Shown: piece by piece, positions 9,799 through 23,192 of the stretch
Layout: each line of letters begins with the position of its first letter
Position numbering within the stretch: the stretch's first letter is position 1
NCBI GenBank assembly: GCA_051294905.1
Contig: CM119383.1
Span: 11,532,001 to 11,596,000 of the forward strand
DNA from: Botryllus schlosseri
Taxonomy: Eukaryota
Direction of reading: 5' to 3'
Length of the DNA stretch: 64,000 nucleotides
Notes under the pieces: generated by a model
The model's database searches: none
What the model saw: the letters and a program-made list of their open reading frames with translations, nothing else
Told to the model about the DNA's origin: nothing
Program-made: the position numbers and the translations under genes

Positions 9799-12700
9799 AT
9801 GAAAGGGTTTCTCTGTAGTAAAGATGGAACAGTTATTCTTATCGGTAATTCGATGACGATTGGACGCAATGGTTGTAATATCAATATCGATGATCCGCGT
9901 ATAGAATCATGTCATGCTGTATTGGAATTCAACCCTGCGAAATATTGTTATGTCTTACGTGATCTTAACACCTCTTCTGGCACATACGTGAACGAAAGCA
10001 AAGTACAAAACAGCGCTGTTTTCGTGACCCATGGCGACACCATCAGATTTGGCCAGGCTGGAAAACCCTATGAATTGAAATTAAACGAAGAAATGGATAC
10101 CCAAGATAAACCAAGTTGTAGTACGCCGCAACGTCCGATGTCTGCTCATGTAGTAGGGTCGAGAGACAGGTACTCTCAATGTGCTTCAATTAAAAATTCG
10201 CTGCCAAGCATTCATGGGCGAAAATCTCAAATTAAATCAGTCTCTTCACCAAAACCCCCAACCAGACCAAAATCGGCTTGTGAATACACCTCACTACAAG
10301 AAATTCATCAACAAGTACCTGGCAACAATGCGACTGCCACACAAGCGTGGAGTGGCAACCACAGTCTGGATGCGCTAGTGAAGCCTAAGCTACAGAATTT
10401 ATTACATATGGTAGATGAGATGAACACATTTAGCGATTGCGCGTGTCATAGAGATAACGTGATACAAAACATGAGAGATCAAATTATGGAACTATACTGT
10501 AAAGCAGACGAAACCGCCAAATTTGAAGCCAATCAAAATTTCACCCATCAATTGTATCACATGGAGAGAGAATTGGACGAACGGAAATCAGAGATATGCT
10601 TGCTGCGTCAACAGCTTGAATCGACAATGCAGTCGTCTCCGACAATGACATCACAAATTGCTGAGAAAGACAAACTAATCCATGAATTGCGACACGATTT
10701 AGACAAATCAAAGCGCGAATACTCGATGTCTCAAGGCTTGGTTCAATCATTGCAACGTGAGCTTTCGGTGAAGGAAGCCGAAATAAAACGTAAAGCATCG
10801 GAAGTATCGCAGCTCCAACGTAATTTACGAGATAAAGATATCCAATTCCAGTCTCTATCGGCAAAATTTGTGCGTGTTCACGATTGTAAGACAAAAGACG
10901 ACGCGATAAACTCAGTCAATGAAGAGATGAAGTCATTAAAGCAAAAGATACGTCGTCTGGAATCAAGGTCTGGCGATCACACGAGTCTCATAAACCGCTA
11001 CAAAAACGATATAACGCAGCTCAACGAAACTATAAAACGGATGCAGGTTGAAAAAGAAGCGTCCACGAAAGATATGGAGCAGCAGAAAGGAAAATACTTA
11101 GAAGTGCAACGAGCTGAACGTCTATTACGGGTTGATGTCGAACAAGCAAGATGCCGAGTCAACCGATTACGCACAAGAATAGTCAAGGTTCTTTATTCTG
11201 TCTCAGGTGTGAGAGCGCCTGATCATCCAAACGATGTGGAAGACAGCAAACTCATTGTCGATTTAGAATCAGTTCTGAATGACAGAGAAAAGGATAAGAT
11301 TGAGATTAGAAGCCTGAAATCGGAAGCAGAATCCAACCAAAAATTGGAGGCTGAAAAACAATCTTCTGTCGAGTTATTGCAAGAAACGGCCGCAGAAATT
11401 TTGTTGAGTTTTGCAGAAAACGGGCACCACGTCGAGGTTCTTCGCAACAAGCGAGATGATTTATCGAATTTGGAATTGGAAAAACCATTTTTATGGGTGC
11501 GTAAAGCATTCATCGACCTTATCAAAAGCGAGGAACAGTGGCTCAACGAAATATACACGGCATTACGAAGATCTGGTTGTGTCGTAGAGGTATCCGAAAA
11601 GAAGCCCGGAGAATTTATTCTGGAACTGCATCAAGAATTGTTGCAATCGCAAAAGCGCGCGCAAGAGTTGGAACAGTCCATGGCTGAGTTAGTGGAACAA
11701 CACAAGATCGCGTTGTCTGCCAAAGCGGAAGAGATGAGAAGCATTTTCGGAGTGGAGATTGACAAAATGAGAGAAGAGGAAAAAGAAAAAAGGGAACAGC
11801 TCATTCAAGAATTGAAATCACAATTGGAGTCGGACAATGATATCAAGTTACTCGAGGCATCGAGTAAATTTGACGATGCCCAAAGCACAATAGATGATCT
11901 GAAGGCTGAGATCGAAGAGAACAAATCACAAATCGACGATCTCAACCGGGAGATCGAAAGTCTGAACGCGAGCTTGGAGAAAAGTAAAGACAATGAGACG
12001 GCTATTAAAGAGGATTTGAAAACGGTACTGGCTCAACAGAATGATAGCAAGAAATTACTGTCTGAAGAAAGCGAAATAGAGAGGCAAAATCTATTGGCGG
12101 AGGTAGAGCAATATAAAGTCGAAAGTAAACAGCACGCTGTCACGATTGTGAAAATGGAGGAACGCATACAGGATATTATGAAACAATTGGAGAAAGCGCA
12201 AAACAATGCCGAATCTCTACGTGCCGAGTTACGGGAATCAGACGCAGCTAAACACCGACTTCCGCCGACTCCTCCCATTATCGCTCCGCCTCCCATGTTC
12301 GATATCAACGGGTACGAAACCACGATCGCGGCCCTGCGTTCGGAATTAGTAGGCGCTCAAACCCAACTTCACATACAGCAAACTGAAATTTTGGCATTGC
12401 GCAAAGACCTGGCTGGCTCGGAAGCGAAAATTTCCGACATGCGCGGCGAATTGAGCGAACCTTTGAAAGAACAGCTTGAAAACGGCAATCGACTTATACG
12501 CGAGAAAGAAATCGAAAACGCAAAGCTACGGGAAAGCATGCGCGGACTGAACAAGACTGTTGACCGACAAAAAACCGAAATTCGATTGGCCAGAGAAGAA
12601 ATCAAGGAATTAAAGCAAGCGGTTGTACCACACGAAAGCAATGTAGAGCCGACAACCATGCCGGTGGTTACCAAAGTAGAAACAGCGGAAGCATCGACGC

Positions 12701-15700
12701 AAGGTAGTCGCACAGGCAGAATCAACGCAGAGCTCACGTCGTTAGGCGCGGAATGCAAAGGTGAGCGTCACTCTGAAGTAATATCCCGGCAGAGAGAAGC
12801 GCTCGCGGAGCTACGTGCCCGAATCAAAGCCCTCAACCAAGTCCAACCGGTAAGTCCAGGCAATGAGGAACTCGTACAGCAAGTGATGCTCCTTAAAAAA
12901 GAACTGGCTGAGATACGCGCTAGACAGGTTATGGAAAACGATTCGGCTTTCCGCGAGCAGCTTGCGTTCTCTCTCGATGAAGATGCGCCCGCACAGCAAA
13001 ACAATGCTGCTGGTTCAGGGCCGTTAGAATTACAAATTGAAAGAGCTGCGCGTCTGCAATTAGAAGAAGCGCTCGACATGAGCGAGCAGTGCTACCTCGA
13101 TTTATGCAACAACGTCGGCGGGCTGGTGTCGATAACCAGCCTGTCCGGCATGAGATCGGCCAATCACTTGCCCGAAGACGAGCGAATGAGACTCGCTGAC
13201 GACAGGAGGCGTGACCTGGAAGCGATCTCGCAGCGAATCAAATCTCTCACGACGAGATTGGATCGGAAAGACAACCTGTTGCAGAATTACGACAAAGACT
13301 TGGCGAGACTGAGAGAGGCAGAAGAGAAGGCGTCGCAAAAGACGGCACGAGTGAGTTGTTGATTGCGTTGTGATCACGGTCGAGTTATATTGTGGCAGGG
13401 CTCTTCAGCCATGCTCCTCATGTAGAAGTAGACGTCACGTAGAGGTATTTCTACTCAAACTGGAAGCAGTGATTTCCAAGACATGTCCAAGATATTTATT
13501 TTAAGTAGAGAAATGAAGATCTGAAAAGTAAGCCTACTCAAGTAACTACCGGTAGCTTTGAAAAGTAGATTTGGCGATGGGTAAATATGAACATGATGAT
13601 AAGTTCCATCCATATGTAAACTTACTGTAATGATAGTTGGAGGAAAGTATTGAAAATTCCCGTGCTTGCTTTATAGGCTGTTATCAATGGAATACAATCA
13701 ACAAGGAAATAAGACTCCTACTAGCAATCACCGCACTTGCAGTCGTGCGTAAATTATTGATCGCTTTCCAATGTTGCTTTCGGCATATCATACACATGAA
13801 AACGCGAATATGTTAAATATTCATATGTATAATCGAGTCTTTCCCTTGCGGCGGTTCTTGATTGCTGTCTTGAGTTGCAATTTGTTTGACGGCTGTTTTC
13901 ATTTTATTTTCAAAGTCAATCCTATTTTCTCAAATTGAAAAGATTGGTTGCATCAGGTTACTCATGAAAATTTTCCTGACCGCACCATCCAACTTGTATT
14001 AGTCGCGTTTGATTGCATTCAACTTGCTGGCATAAGGATTAGGATTCCAAATGAGCCTTGTACCTGCAATTGTCATCATAACCCATTCTCCCTTTCAATG
14101 TAATTTGACATTTTGTTTCAATGTGGTTGCGATGAGACAACGACAATTTTCTACAACTACAAGTAAATTTCACAATTCGATTTCTTTACCGGCATAACAA
14201 CCAGTAATTACATTCATTATATTGTGTTTGAGTCAAAGCAATGTTGAATGTGTGTGTCGTAGAAAAGGCGGTGTTGAATTGGTAGTCACTCCACCCTTAA
14301 CAACATAACCTTTTGATACAATACGCGCCATTGTTTTGTACATATATAATTGTATATTGTCATTTAACATTTCCATTGCTTTTTGCCCAGGTAAGCGTGT
14401 TGCTTGATGAGATCACAAGCAAGAATGAAGAAAATTCATATTTACGAGAAGCACTTAAACGAACGGACGAGCGTCTGAATCAGGAGAAGCGACTGAACAC
14501 GGCAATCAAGCAGAAGAAGACATTCCATCTTGAAAACTTGGACAAAAGATCACCCCCACCAAGACATGCAAGTAAGCGTTTAGAAGCACGGATCGTTTCA
14601 GGACTCATGTCTGCTTTGCCATTTTACGCGGTCCATTATGGAGCATGTGATGACCTTATCAAGATTTTCGCCCCAGTTATTAAGAAGTAAACTGGATTAA
14701 TAGTTCTTCTGAGTAGCCTACTGCTGTAAGCTGCTTACTCTGGTTTTCAAACTACTTCGAAACATTCAATTTATATTTGAAGACATGCTACAAAGTACTA
14801 TTTCCACATGAATAATATCAGTGACTACATTTTTAAGAGTCAATTACCTAAACTATTGGCTTTGCTGAAGGTAGTTTGATGAAAAAATCTCACTGAAAGT
14901 TCTCCGGCTCTGTTCGAACTTTACGATCGCCGATATAGTGCTTGGATGTTAATTAGTTTGTTGCGATAATGTTCCTATAACTCCAATTCAGAATGCCAAA
15001 AGTCCGAATTTGAAATCGAAGCAGAGAAATCTAAGAAGCGACGAGAAAAGACAAATATTATGAAGAAAGAATATGAAATACAAGTAAGAAATAAGCTATT
15101 GACAACTAACCCTTGAGGTACTGCTATTAGCAAATCATTGTCGGTGACTCATCTAGTCAAGGGCTTTGCTTCTTTCTCAAGTACTAAACGAAAAGATTGT
15201 TTAATCCCAGTTCAAACACACCATGCACTTCAGTGTTAACTGTTTACTGACCGATCATTTTTTCGACTCCCAAATGTATATGTACAAAAATGCCCGGTAG
15301 TTAAACACTAAATCACTCATGTACTCTATTTACAAGACAATCTTTTCTGTTTGTGCAAGAGTGTAAATCATGGCAGATTTCACATTTAATCTCCCTGTCA
15401 TTTGTGAGAGCCATGATCAATTGATCGATGACAAATCCTAGATGTTTGGATAGCTAGTGTAATCTGTGTCGTTGCCAAGGGTGGCAGTCGTGCTTTATGT
15501 ACTGAATTCAAGATGTATTCATTTGTAACCGCTCGGCTCCGGAGCCATAATGACTCCGGACTATCTGGTTGCAAGACCAGTCATGCGTAGGGTAGCATGC
15601 GGTATTGGGAAAGAGGAAGTGATTGGAGTTAGTCTTTTGCATGTAGTTGGATTGCAGTTGGTCTTGATATGGAGTTGGTCTTGGATTGTCTTTGTGTGGA

Positions 15701-18700
15701 GTTGTTACTGTGTTAAGTCTTGGATTGGATTGGAAGTGTTGATGTGTTTATTGTGCCTGCCTTCGTTGTAATATATCCGCCGAATCTGCAATGTGTCTCT
15801 GGATCCAGTCGAACCTGAAGTAACTTAGCCGCATTCAGTTAGATAGCGAAGACTACGACCGAACGGCTACAAATGGCGAGCACGCACCCTGATGCTGGAT
15901 CCGGTATAGAGATGCCGCTTGCAGTAGGAGACGGATGCGGTGGACTTGGAAAAATACATTTATTGAAGAGGAAAGAAGAAGTTGCACTTGCACGGTTTTT
16001 TAACAAGTTGGCAAAAGGAATGCTTGGGAAAGAAGCACGACAGATTGTGCAGTTGTTGGACACTCGTGCTGTTGGGGAAATGGATACTGTGACACATGAT
16101 GGCTTGGAACATATGTCGGTATGCTCGTCTGTTGGAAACTCTGTTGTTGATGTGACCTTGGAAGAGGAGGATTTTGAAACACCGCATGTAAAGGAAATCG
16201 TTCATGATATGTCGGCATATGAGAGTAATATGGACTCAGTGTCTGAAGAAACTGTTACTGCGCCTGTTGTTGATGATGTTGGATCCGAGATGGTTGTCAT
16301 GGTACCATTGAAGTCGTGTGACAAGATGAATGATGATGTTCATGGGGAAGAAAGAAGCGTGGTGGATGACTCTTTGATGGAAGAACAATTGGCTGAGGAT
16401 TGTGGAGGTGAAAGTGCTACAGTGGCTTCGTCGAATGGGAACAAGGGCTTGGTTGGTCGAGAAGTAAATGTATTGGATATATTTGGTACTTTGAAGTTGT
16501 TGGTGGACTGTAAGCTGGCCATTGAACGTTTCAATGTGAATATAAAGGAGCCCTCACACCTTAAAGCGTTTACTTTGAGAGATATTTGAATGAGATGGTG
16601 GGTCATTGAGATTTGACACTGGACTTGCACTACGCCCCTGATGTTGAGATGTTAAAACTGTGATCTTGATTTGATAACGAACTGCTATTGTTGATGGGTA
16701 TTGACTCCTCGTGTTTTTGTTTGTTGTTGGCTTGGTTTTTGGCGCACGGTGTTATGTTGTTGGAATCTGTCTGTGGCACATGGTTGCTTTTACGTTGTTG
16801 GTGGATTGAGTATGTTGTTTTGTATTTTGACAGTTGAGTGAACTTTTGGAGATATTGGGGTGGCTGTCTTTACGTTGTTGGGGGATATTGTGAAATTTCG
16901 TATTATTGGCAGTTGTAGGACGTTGTAACTGGTTTTGCATGATCATATTTCTTTGTACATATTCTTGCCATTTTTATACTCTTTGCATTTTTATACTTAT
17001 TTTTATTTTTTTATTTGTGCTCCCTCTTGTCGCTTGTGAGTGATCTTTGCTACTAGATCACTCAACTTGGGAACGGGGATGTGTAACCGCTCGGCTCCGG
17101 AGCCATAATGACTCCGGACTATCTGGTTGCAAGACCAGTCATGCGTAGGGTAGCATGCGGTATTGGGAAAGAGGAAGTGATTGGAGTTAGTCTTTTGCAT
17201 GTAGTTGGATTGGAGTTGGTCTTGATATGGAGTTGGTCTTGGATTGTCTTTGTGTGGAGTTGTTACTGTGTTAAGTCTTGGATTGGATTGGAAGTGTTGA
17301 TGTGTTTATTGTGCCTGCCTTCGTTGTAATATATCCGCCGAATCTGCAATGTGTCTCTGGATCCAGTCGAACCTGAAGTAACTTAGCCGCATTCAGTTAG
17401 ATAGCGAAGACTACGACCGAACGGCTACAAATTCCCTGTTTGGACTTGGGTCCATTGTTCCGAAACGTTATCATGGCTCTACTCTGGCATATCCACCGCT
17501 GATGCTAATGTTCTTCGACTGGCCTCAATAAGTGCTCGGTAATCAGCAGTGATCAAATACAAGTTCATTGTTGAAAGCACCTGTGCTTTGAAAGACATTT
17601 TGACTTTATAGTTTATAGTATGAAATGGCAACTCATGTTACTATGGTACCTTTATGGATATTATAACTCTATTTGCAAAGTTGTGCAAGGTTAGCCTACA
17701 TTCAACGCTGAAAAAAATCTCTGTCCAACTTTACATAGCTTTTAGCCTTCTCCTACGAAGTGATTTCATAGAAGTGCCAGATGTCTTTGTAGATCTAATT
17801 CCAAACGCAACGATGCTTGTCACTGGGGTGTTTTTTTACCTAAAAAATCAAAATTTTTACATTTTTTGACCTAAAACTTAATTTCGACAAATTTTTTCCT
17901 CATGTATGTACATTAGGTGTTTTCGCACATATTGCTATAATTGTACTACTTATCTTCATTTCTGGTTGGAACTGTCAGTCCTTACGAAGTAGTTTAGCCT
18001 AAAAAAAACTGACAAATTTTTACATGAAAAAACTTTATTTCAACGAAACCTGGACCTATCAAGAATTCCAGTAGTTATATCACGCATTATTGTAGAAATA
18101 ATTAAAATATCTTGTAGTACAACAAAAGATACTTTCCTGCATTCTCGGGTAGAAAGTGTCTGTCCTTACTAAGTAGCTTGCCAAGAATGGAGAAAGAAAT
18201 TTCAATAGCAGCAGTTGTTGGCTGACAACACTGAACTTGTGCTTATACTGCTGGTGACACACCGTGTTGCTTCATTCTGACAATGTTGTCTACACTGCAT
18301 CAGTGGTTCTCAACCTTTTTCACCTCGCAGACCGGTAAAATTTCGAAAAATATTTGGCGGACTGGTGGACTTTCAGAAATTGAAATTAAGCCGAAATGTA
18401 AAGTATGCCACCGTTTTATTGCAAGTATATGGTGCTAGAGAGTGACATTTTGAGGGTTTTGATCGAAATTAATTATGTTCATGATGGCATCCATGTCATT
18501 TTACGGTAGTGGGTCTGCTGAGTCAAGGTAAAATTGCCTTGCCTGGAGCTACTACCGCCGAGAGTCGTTTGCAGTCTTTCGTTCCGAAGGCCGCGGATTT
18601 AGCCAACCACGCCAACTCGAAGAATATTTTTCTCTTGGACAACGTCGAGAGAAGCAGCGTTTCGGAGTCTAACCAAGCACCTTGTCGTGCTAGATAGCTC

Positions 18701-20161
18701 ATTGCCCACTACTACCGGACGTATAGGCTACTCTAGCTACCACTACTACAATGTGCCGCGCGAATACAGCTGACAACAGCTACACCTGGCCATCCAAAAA
18801 TTAAGGTCCAAAAAATCTCTTCGTCAGCTCCCCCCCCCCCAACCCACGTTTGTCTTGCCCCCCCCCCCACACACACAGGGTGATAAACCTAAATTCTAGG
18901 GGGCTTCATCCCCCAGACCGCACAGCTGCATGGATGTTTCCCTACTTGTGAGCACATTCATTCTATTCAGTGTAGGCAAAGAGGTTATACGTGAGCGAAT
19001 CACGCGAAGCGCGAAAATTTACTGTAATTTATGACTGAATCGGCCAATAATATTGATAATTGTGTGTATATTGCTATAATTTTCATGATTCCAAATTGGA
19101 AGGCTATTTCTACGCTGGCAAATAATTTTTGTCGGTGGTAAGGTATTTGTGTTGTGGGGTGTAGATTGCCAGGACAGCGAGATTCGTCGTCCGCCATTTA
19201 GGCATCTATGGACAATTAGACATATATAGATATATATCAAAGTTTCCCGTCAACAAATGACAATCCTTTTCGGCCAAGGTTTTCTCCCTGCCGAATTTTT
19301 GGCCGACTTGTTGGAGTCCCACGTTATAGCCACTTCATTATGTGTTGGTGCGTTGTGGCACGGTAATGGCTGACGCCGAAATGCCTATTTCTATAAATCA
19401 TGCGTATTTCCTGGGCGCTTCTTGATATGCGAACCAATGCCCACGCAGTCTTGCTTCAGTTAGAATAATGCAGTACGTTGAGCATAACACCATGTCAACC
19501 TATTTGTTTCACTTGACGGTTTGTGATTCACAATGAGCAGACAATGGGCCGTCTACAACGGTAGGCCTATAAAGTAGGCCACAAAATGTATAATGTCAAA
19601 TGATAAGTTTACCGACAGTGCAAACATCTACCATACAAACGAAATGCTGGTTGCAAAAAACTTTTGTCTTTGTAAACAATTTAGACATAACAATAAAAAA
19701 TCGCCCTACTCATTAGTTATTCTGCGTTACAAAATCGCAAGATGTAGCTACACGAGCAAGTAGCCATCACCGACTACCTGCTAAAAGTATGCGACCCCTC
19801 AACCAATTCTACTTCTTTGAAGTACTAGCACTACATGCACAGAAATCACTACTTCCACATGTAATTCAGTAGAAATATACAGGTTTTACTCTCCTACTTG
19901 ACTAACAACGCTGGCTAATGTGACTACCTCTGAGAGATTGTCATGATTCAATCTTTATATCTTTCACAGGTACTTAAACAGAAACTCCGTTCTCAAGAAC
20001 AAGAATTGTGCCTAGCGTCGGCGCGTACCGCTAATTTAATGCAGCATCAAATAAAAGCCCCGCCACGGAGACCAAAGTCATCTCGGACAGCGTCGTCATC
20101 CGATTCCTCATCCACAACATCGACTCAAAGCAGGAAGTCAAAATCCAAAGAGTTGTCGTAA
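9799..20161 (+). CDS. FHAD1: Forkhead-associated domain-containing protein 1-like (N-terminal FHA plus long coiled coil), ~1338 aa. Exons 9799-13350, 14391-14571, 14992-15083, 19970-20161.
   Basis: N-terminus MKGFLCSKDG..TIGR..IESCHAVLEFN..YVLRDLNTSSGTYVNE..VQN..GDTIRFG is an FHA domain like vertebrate FHAD1. LGAECKGERHSEVISRQREALAELRARIKAL is a recalled FHAD1-conserved block. All introns are GT-AG with consistent phases 0/1/0, ending in TAA at 20159-20161. Confidence 0.9.
15524..17429 (+). mobile_element. Young non-autonomous LTR retroelement (1906 bp) in FHAD1 intron 3. LTRs 15524-15871 and 17082-17429.
   Basis: Two 348-bp direct repeats differing at one base (TTGCAGTTG vs TTGGAGTTG). TGT...ACA ends with an 11/13 terminal inverted repeat. 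PBS-like TGG 2 nt after the 5' LTR. Polypurine tract GGGAACGGGGATG (17069-17081) abuts the 3' LTR. Flanks CATT / AATT (3/4). Confidence 0.92.
15873..16589 (+). CDS. Orphan 238-aa acidic ORF inside the LTR element, no recognisable gag/pol motif
   Basis: Uninterrupted ORF whose ATG overlaps the PBS-like TGG. D/E/V/S-rich middle. No CCHC knuckle, DTG/DSG protease, YxDD or integrase motif visible. Confidence 0.55.
   Translation: MASTHPDAGSGIEMPLAVGDGCGGLGKIHLLKRKEEVALARFFNKLAKGMLGKEARQIVQLLDTRAVGEMDTVTHDGLEHMSVCSSVGNSVVDVTLEEEDFETPHVKEIVHDMSAYESNMDSVSEETVTAPVVDDVGSEMVVMVPLKSCDKMNDDVHGEERSVVDDSLMEEQLAEDCGGESATVASSNGNKGLVGREVNVLDIFGTLKLLVDCKLAIERFNVNIKEPSHLKAFTLRDI
18301..18480. mobile_element. 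Left end of a hAT-Charlie type MITE (partial)
   Basis: CAGTGGTTCTCAACC at 18301, identical to the TIR at 40765. No matching right TIR found nearby. Confidence 0.5.
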
Positions 20162-21113
20162 CATGTTGAGATTTGGAGACAACACTGATTTCTTCCAGCA
20201 TATTGCTGCTCTATTAATGCTAATCAATACTATGCGTGTCAGCTTGAGAAGATAATATTCAGCATTGTAGACAGTGCGGCCTCCTCACTATTCAATACCT
20301 ATTTTGTTATAGCGCAAAAAGCATTGTATTTTTAGTGACTGGGTATAAAAATGTCACATCCTTACTTTTCTAGTCGTATATTTTGCATCGTGCTTTCATT
20401 CATTAAAGTGTAAGCGATTGACTATTGATATTGAATGAAATTTTAACAGCAATCCAAAATCAATTATTAGATCCTGTGGGAATTTGTTTCATTTCTTCTA
20501 TCCCACAGCGGCCGATCATACTTGGTATTTGGATGTGAACTTCAGAAAAGCTTAATGCTGCAAACAATGTAGTAGTCTTGTAGCGTATAACGTATCAATG
20601 ATTTGAGATCAGTTCCGATATGGATTACAACAGGACTAGAGGCATAATGACGCAACGTTGGCACCGAAAACTGCCAACGACAACTCTCTACACTGTGGCA
20701 ACAAACAGATCATCGAATGTCTAAGATAGAAGCATTCCTGAAGCTTATTTTTAGCGTTCTCATGCTCGCAACTAGTGAAATATGTCATCTGTGGTGGTAA
20801 TTGTAATGAGCATATTTTAGTACGTTGATTTTCAGAAATGATTTTTTGTACATTCCATGTTATGTAGAAATCTGTTATATTTACACTGTGTGGTTTGAAT
20901 GTACGTTTGTGTAAAAGCATGTCCGCAGTAAATTGTAGTTTTAATCTGTGGTAAACTGGGACATGGAGGGCTTACTGCTTCCTATAATACAGAAATTGTG
21001 AGGAAGGGCAGAGCGCAGTACGTTATGGCATTGCAGCATAGAGTCCAGACGTCAAATCTGAAGGCTATTTTAGTTTGAAAAATAAAGGGTACCGCATGTC
21101 CGACTCTAGTAAG

Positions 21114-21238
21114 CAATGTTCCCTCTAAACTGCACAATTGCGCAGTGCTGACTCGGTCTCCGCGCACAAAAAATCCAAGGGACCCCGCATTAAGCTGGTG
21201 AGTGCACGCAGACTCGTGAAAAAGTAGAGGGAACATTG
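21114..21238. mobile_element. 125-bp hAT-type MITE
   Basis: TIRs CAATGTTCCCTCTA / TAGAGGGAACATTG. Flanks CTAGTAAG / CTGGCGAG (5/8, all mismatches are transitions). Confidence 0.7.
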
Positions 21239-23192
21239 CTGGCGAGGTGTGCCAATGTTGAGTGAATATGGAGTCGGCAGTACGTTTTCGAATCGGGCAA
21301 GAGTAGGAACCAACATGCCTATCTGACATCTCATCAATTGAAAATCGCAATTTTGTTTTAAAAATGTATGACATTGAAACCGATTAACATTTCTGCAACT
21401 CCAGGCCCTATAACCGGTGGTGCGAAAAGCAGTTATATCTCCACCTGGAATTCTTTATACTGTAGCACTACCCAACAAAGTGCACTATTGCTCCTGAAAA
21501 GTGGGGAAGTCAAAAAGTCTTTTTGCAGTTTCTCCAACTCTCTCTACAGTGTCTGAGCTAGCTATCTTCCTCTCCACAACGAAAACCAAATGTGTTTCAA
21601 ATTGATTCTTTTAATGCAACACAGAAGTACAGGAACTAGCCGAAATCGGAAACAAGATGAGTAGCGTGATGACAAATACGACGTCTAGAGATTTCGAATT
21701 CAAAGCTAATATCGATTGTTTCTAAATAGTTGAAAAAGTTTAATAAAACAGAAAAATAACACATCGACTTAAATATCACCGAATCGATTGCGAAAATCTG
21801 CTAACCGAGTGACAAAAATTTGTATACAACAAAATAAGAAGACATAGAATGGGGAAGAAATCAAAAGGGTGTACGTCTTTATAGCTAACAATCAACAGAT
21901 CTTTCCCTACTGTAATTGGTACAGTCTAAGTTCTTGATACACTTACAGTTCTCTGTCAACTAATTACTATAACATTACCAGACAGCAATTGCGTTAACAG
22001 TGACGATGCGATAACTTGTGATTGAAAGAGTTTGCCTTCTCCACGAGTTAAAATATGCAGATGACATGCCTTTGTGTCTATTGGTAAAGTACTCGTTCAT
22101 ATTACAATCACAACCAACGCGTGTCTGTCTAGAGATAGGGATGTGACACTGCACCCGTACACATAAAAATTGCGATACTAAATCTCGGCGTAATGGCAGA
22201 TACACACCGACAATCCGACATATTGCAAGATTCCACACGGCCACCGCACAAGAGCAAATCGGCATTGTAAGAAAAATATCCAGTAACAAAAGACGCCGAA
22301 AGTGTAAATTGATAACATGAAGTGCCGTGAATGAACAAGATTCATTAATAACGTTACAGTTTACGGATAGACAGAAACTTGATTTTAACATGGGTAATGG
22401 TTCCTTATATATACAAAAACATTAGGTACAAAACAAAATCTATCCGATAATAGCAAGAAAGCGTTGTGAATATATATATAAATATATATATGCATATTTG
22501 TAATAATACGACAAAACCGTGAATCCATGCCTTTCAAGGAGATTAAATCGTGTAGCGACGCATAAGTAATACAGAAACAACACCTTCGTGTAAAGGAAAA
22601 ACGCAGTGTCCATACAAGATTTCGTAATAACAGTTGCACATCAGCCTGCTTTGCATTTTGACTACAGCGGTGGGACGAATGTGGCGTGGTTCACCATTGT
22701 AAACACTGCCCTTCTGGGATTGATTGCAGCACTTCGGTAAGACAGTGTTTGCATCTGATAATTCCGAATACAGCGGTCTATCGCAAACGATACAAGCATC
22801 GTGACTTTGAGCCGCAATAGCAGAATCAGTAGATATAAACTCATGCCCGAAATATGATTCATTTTTGCTTTCTCGGACCCCTGACTTTTTTAAATAATCT
22901 TCGTGGAAAACCTGAAAAATTAAGGGTGTTACATAATACTCCACAGTCAAATGAAATCAGAACTTCACAGCTAAGCAAATGATCCCAACTTGCATCAGCA
23001 CAGAGGAGACTTCTAAATTGAGTACCTATTTTTGCCAAGCTATTGATTGACCTTCCATGATGTACTAATGGCTGGGTACAGTTTGCCGGTCCAGCTCATA
23101 TGACTGGGACGAGTGTACTTCTAACACCGAACTCTGTAACTTTAGTGACAATTGTCACATGCATAATACAAATAATAATACTATGGTTATAA

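Noticed and set aside
15550-17329. Two near-identical 73-aa ORFs (15550-15771, 17108-17329)
   Set aside because: They are readings of the two LTR copies, not duplicated genes.
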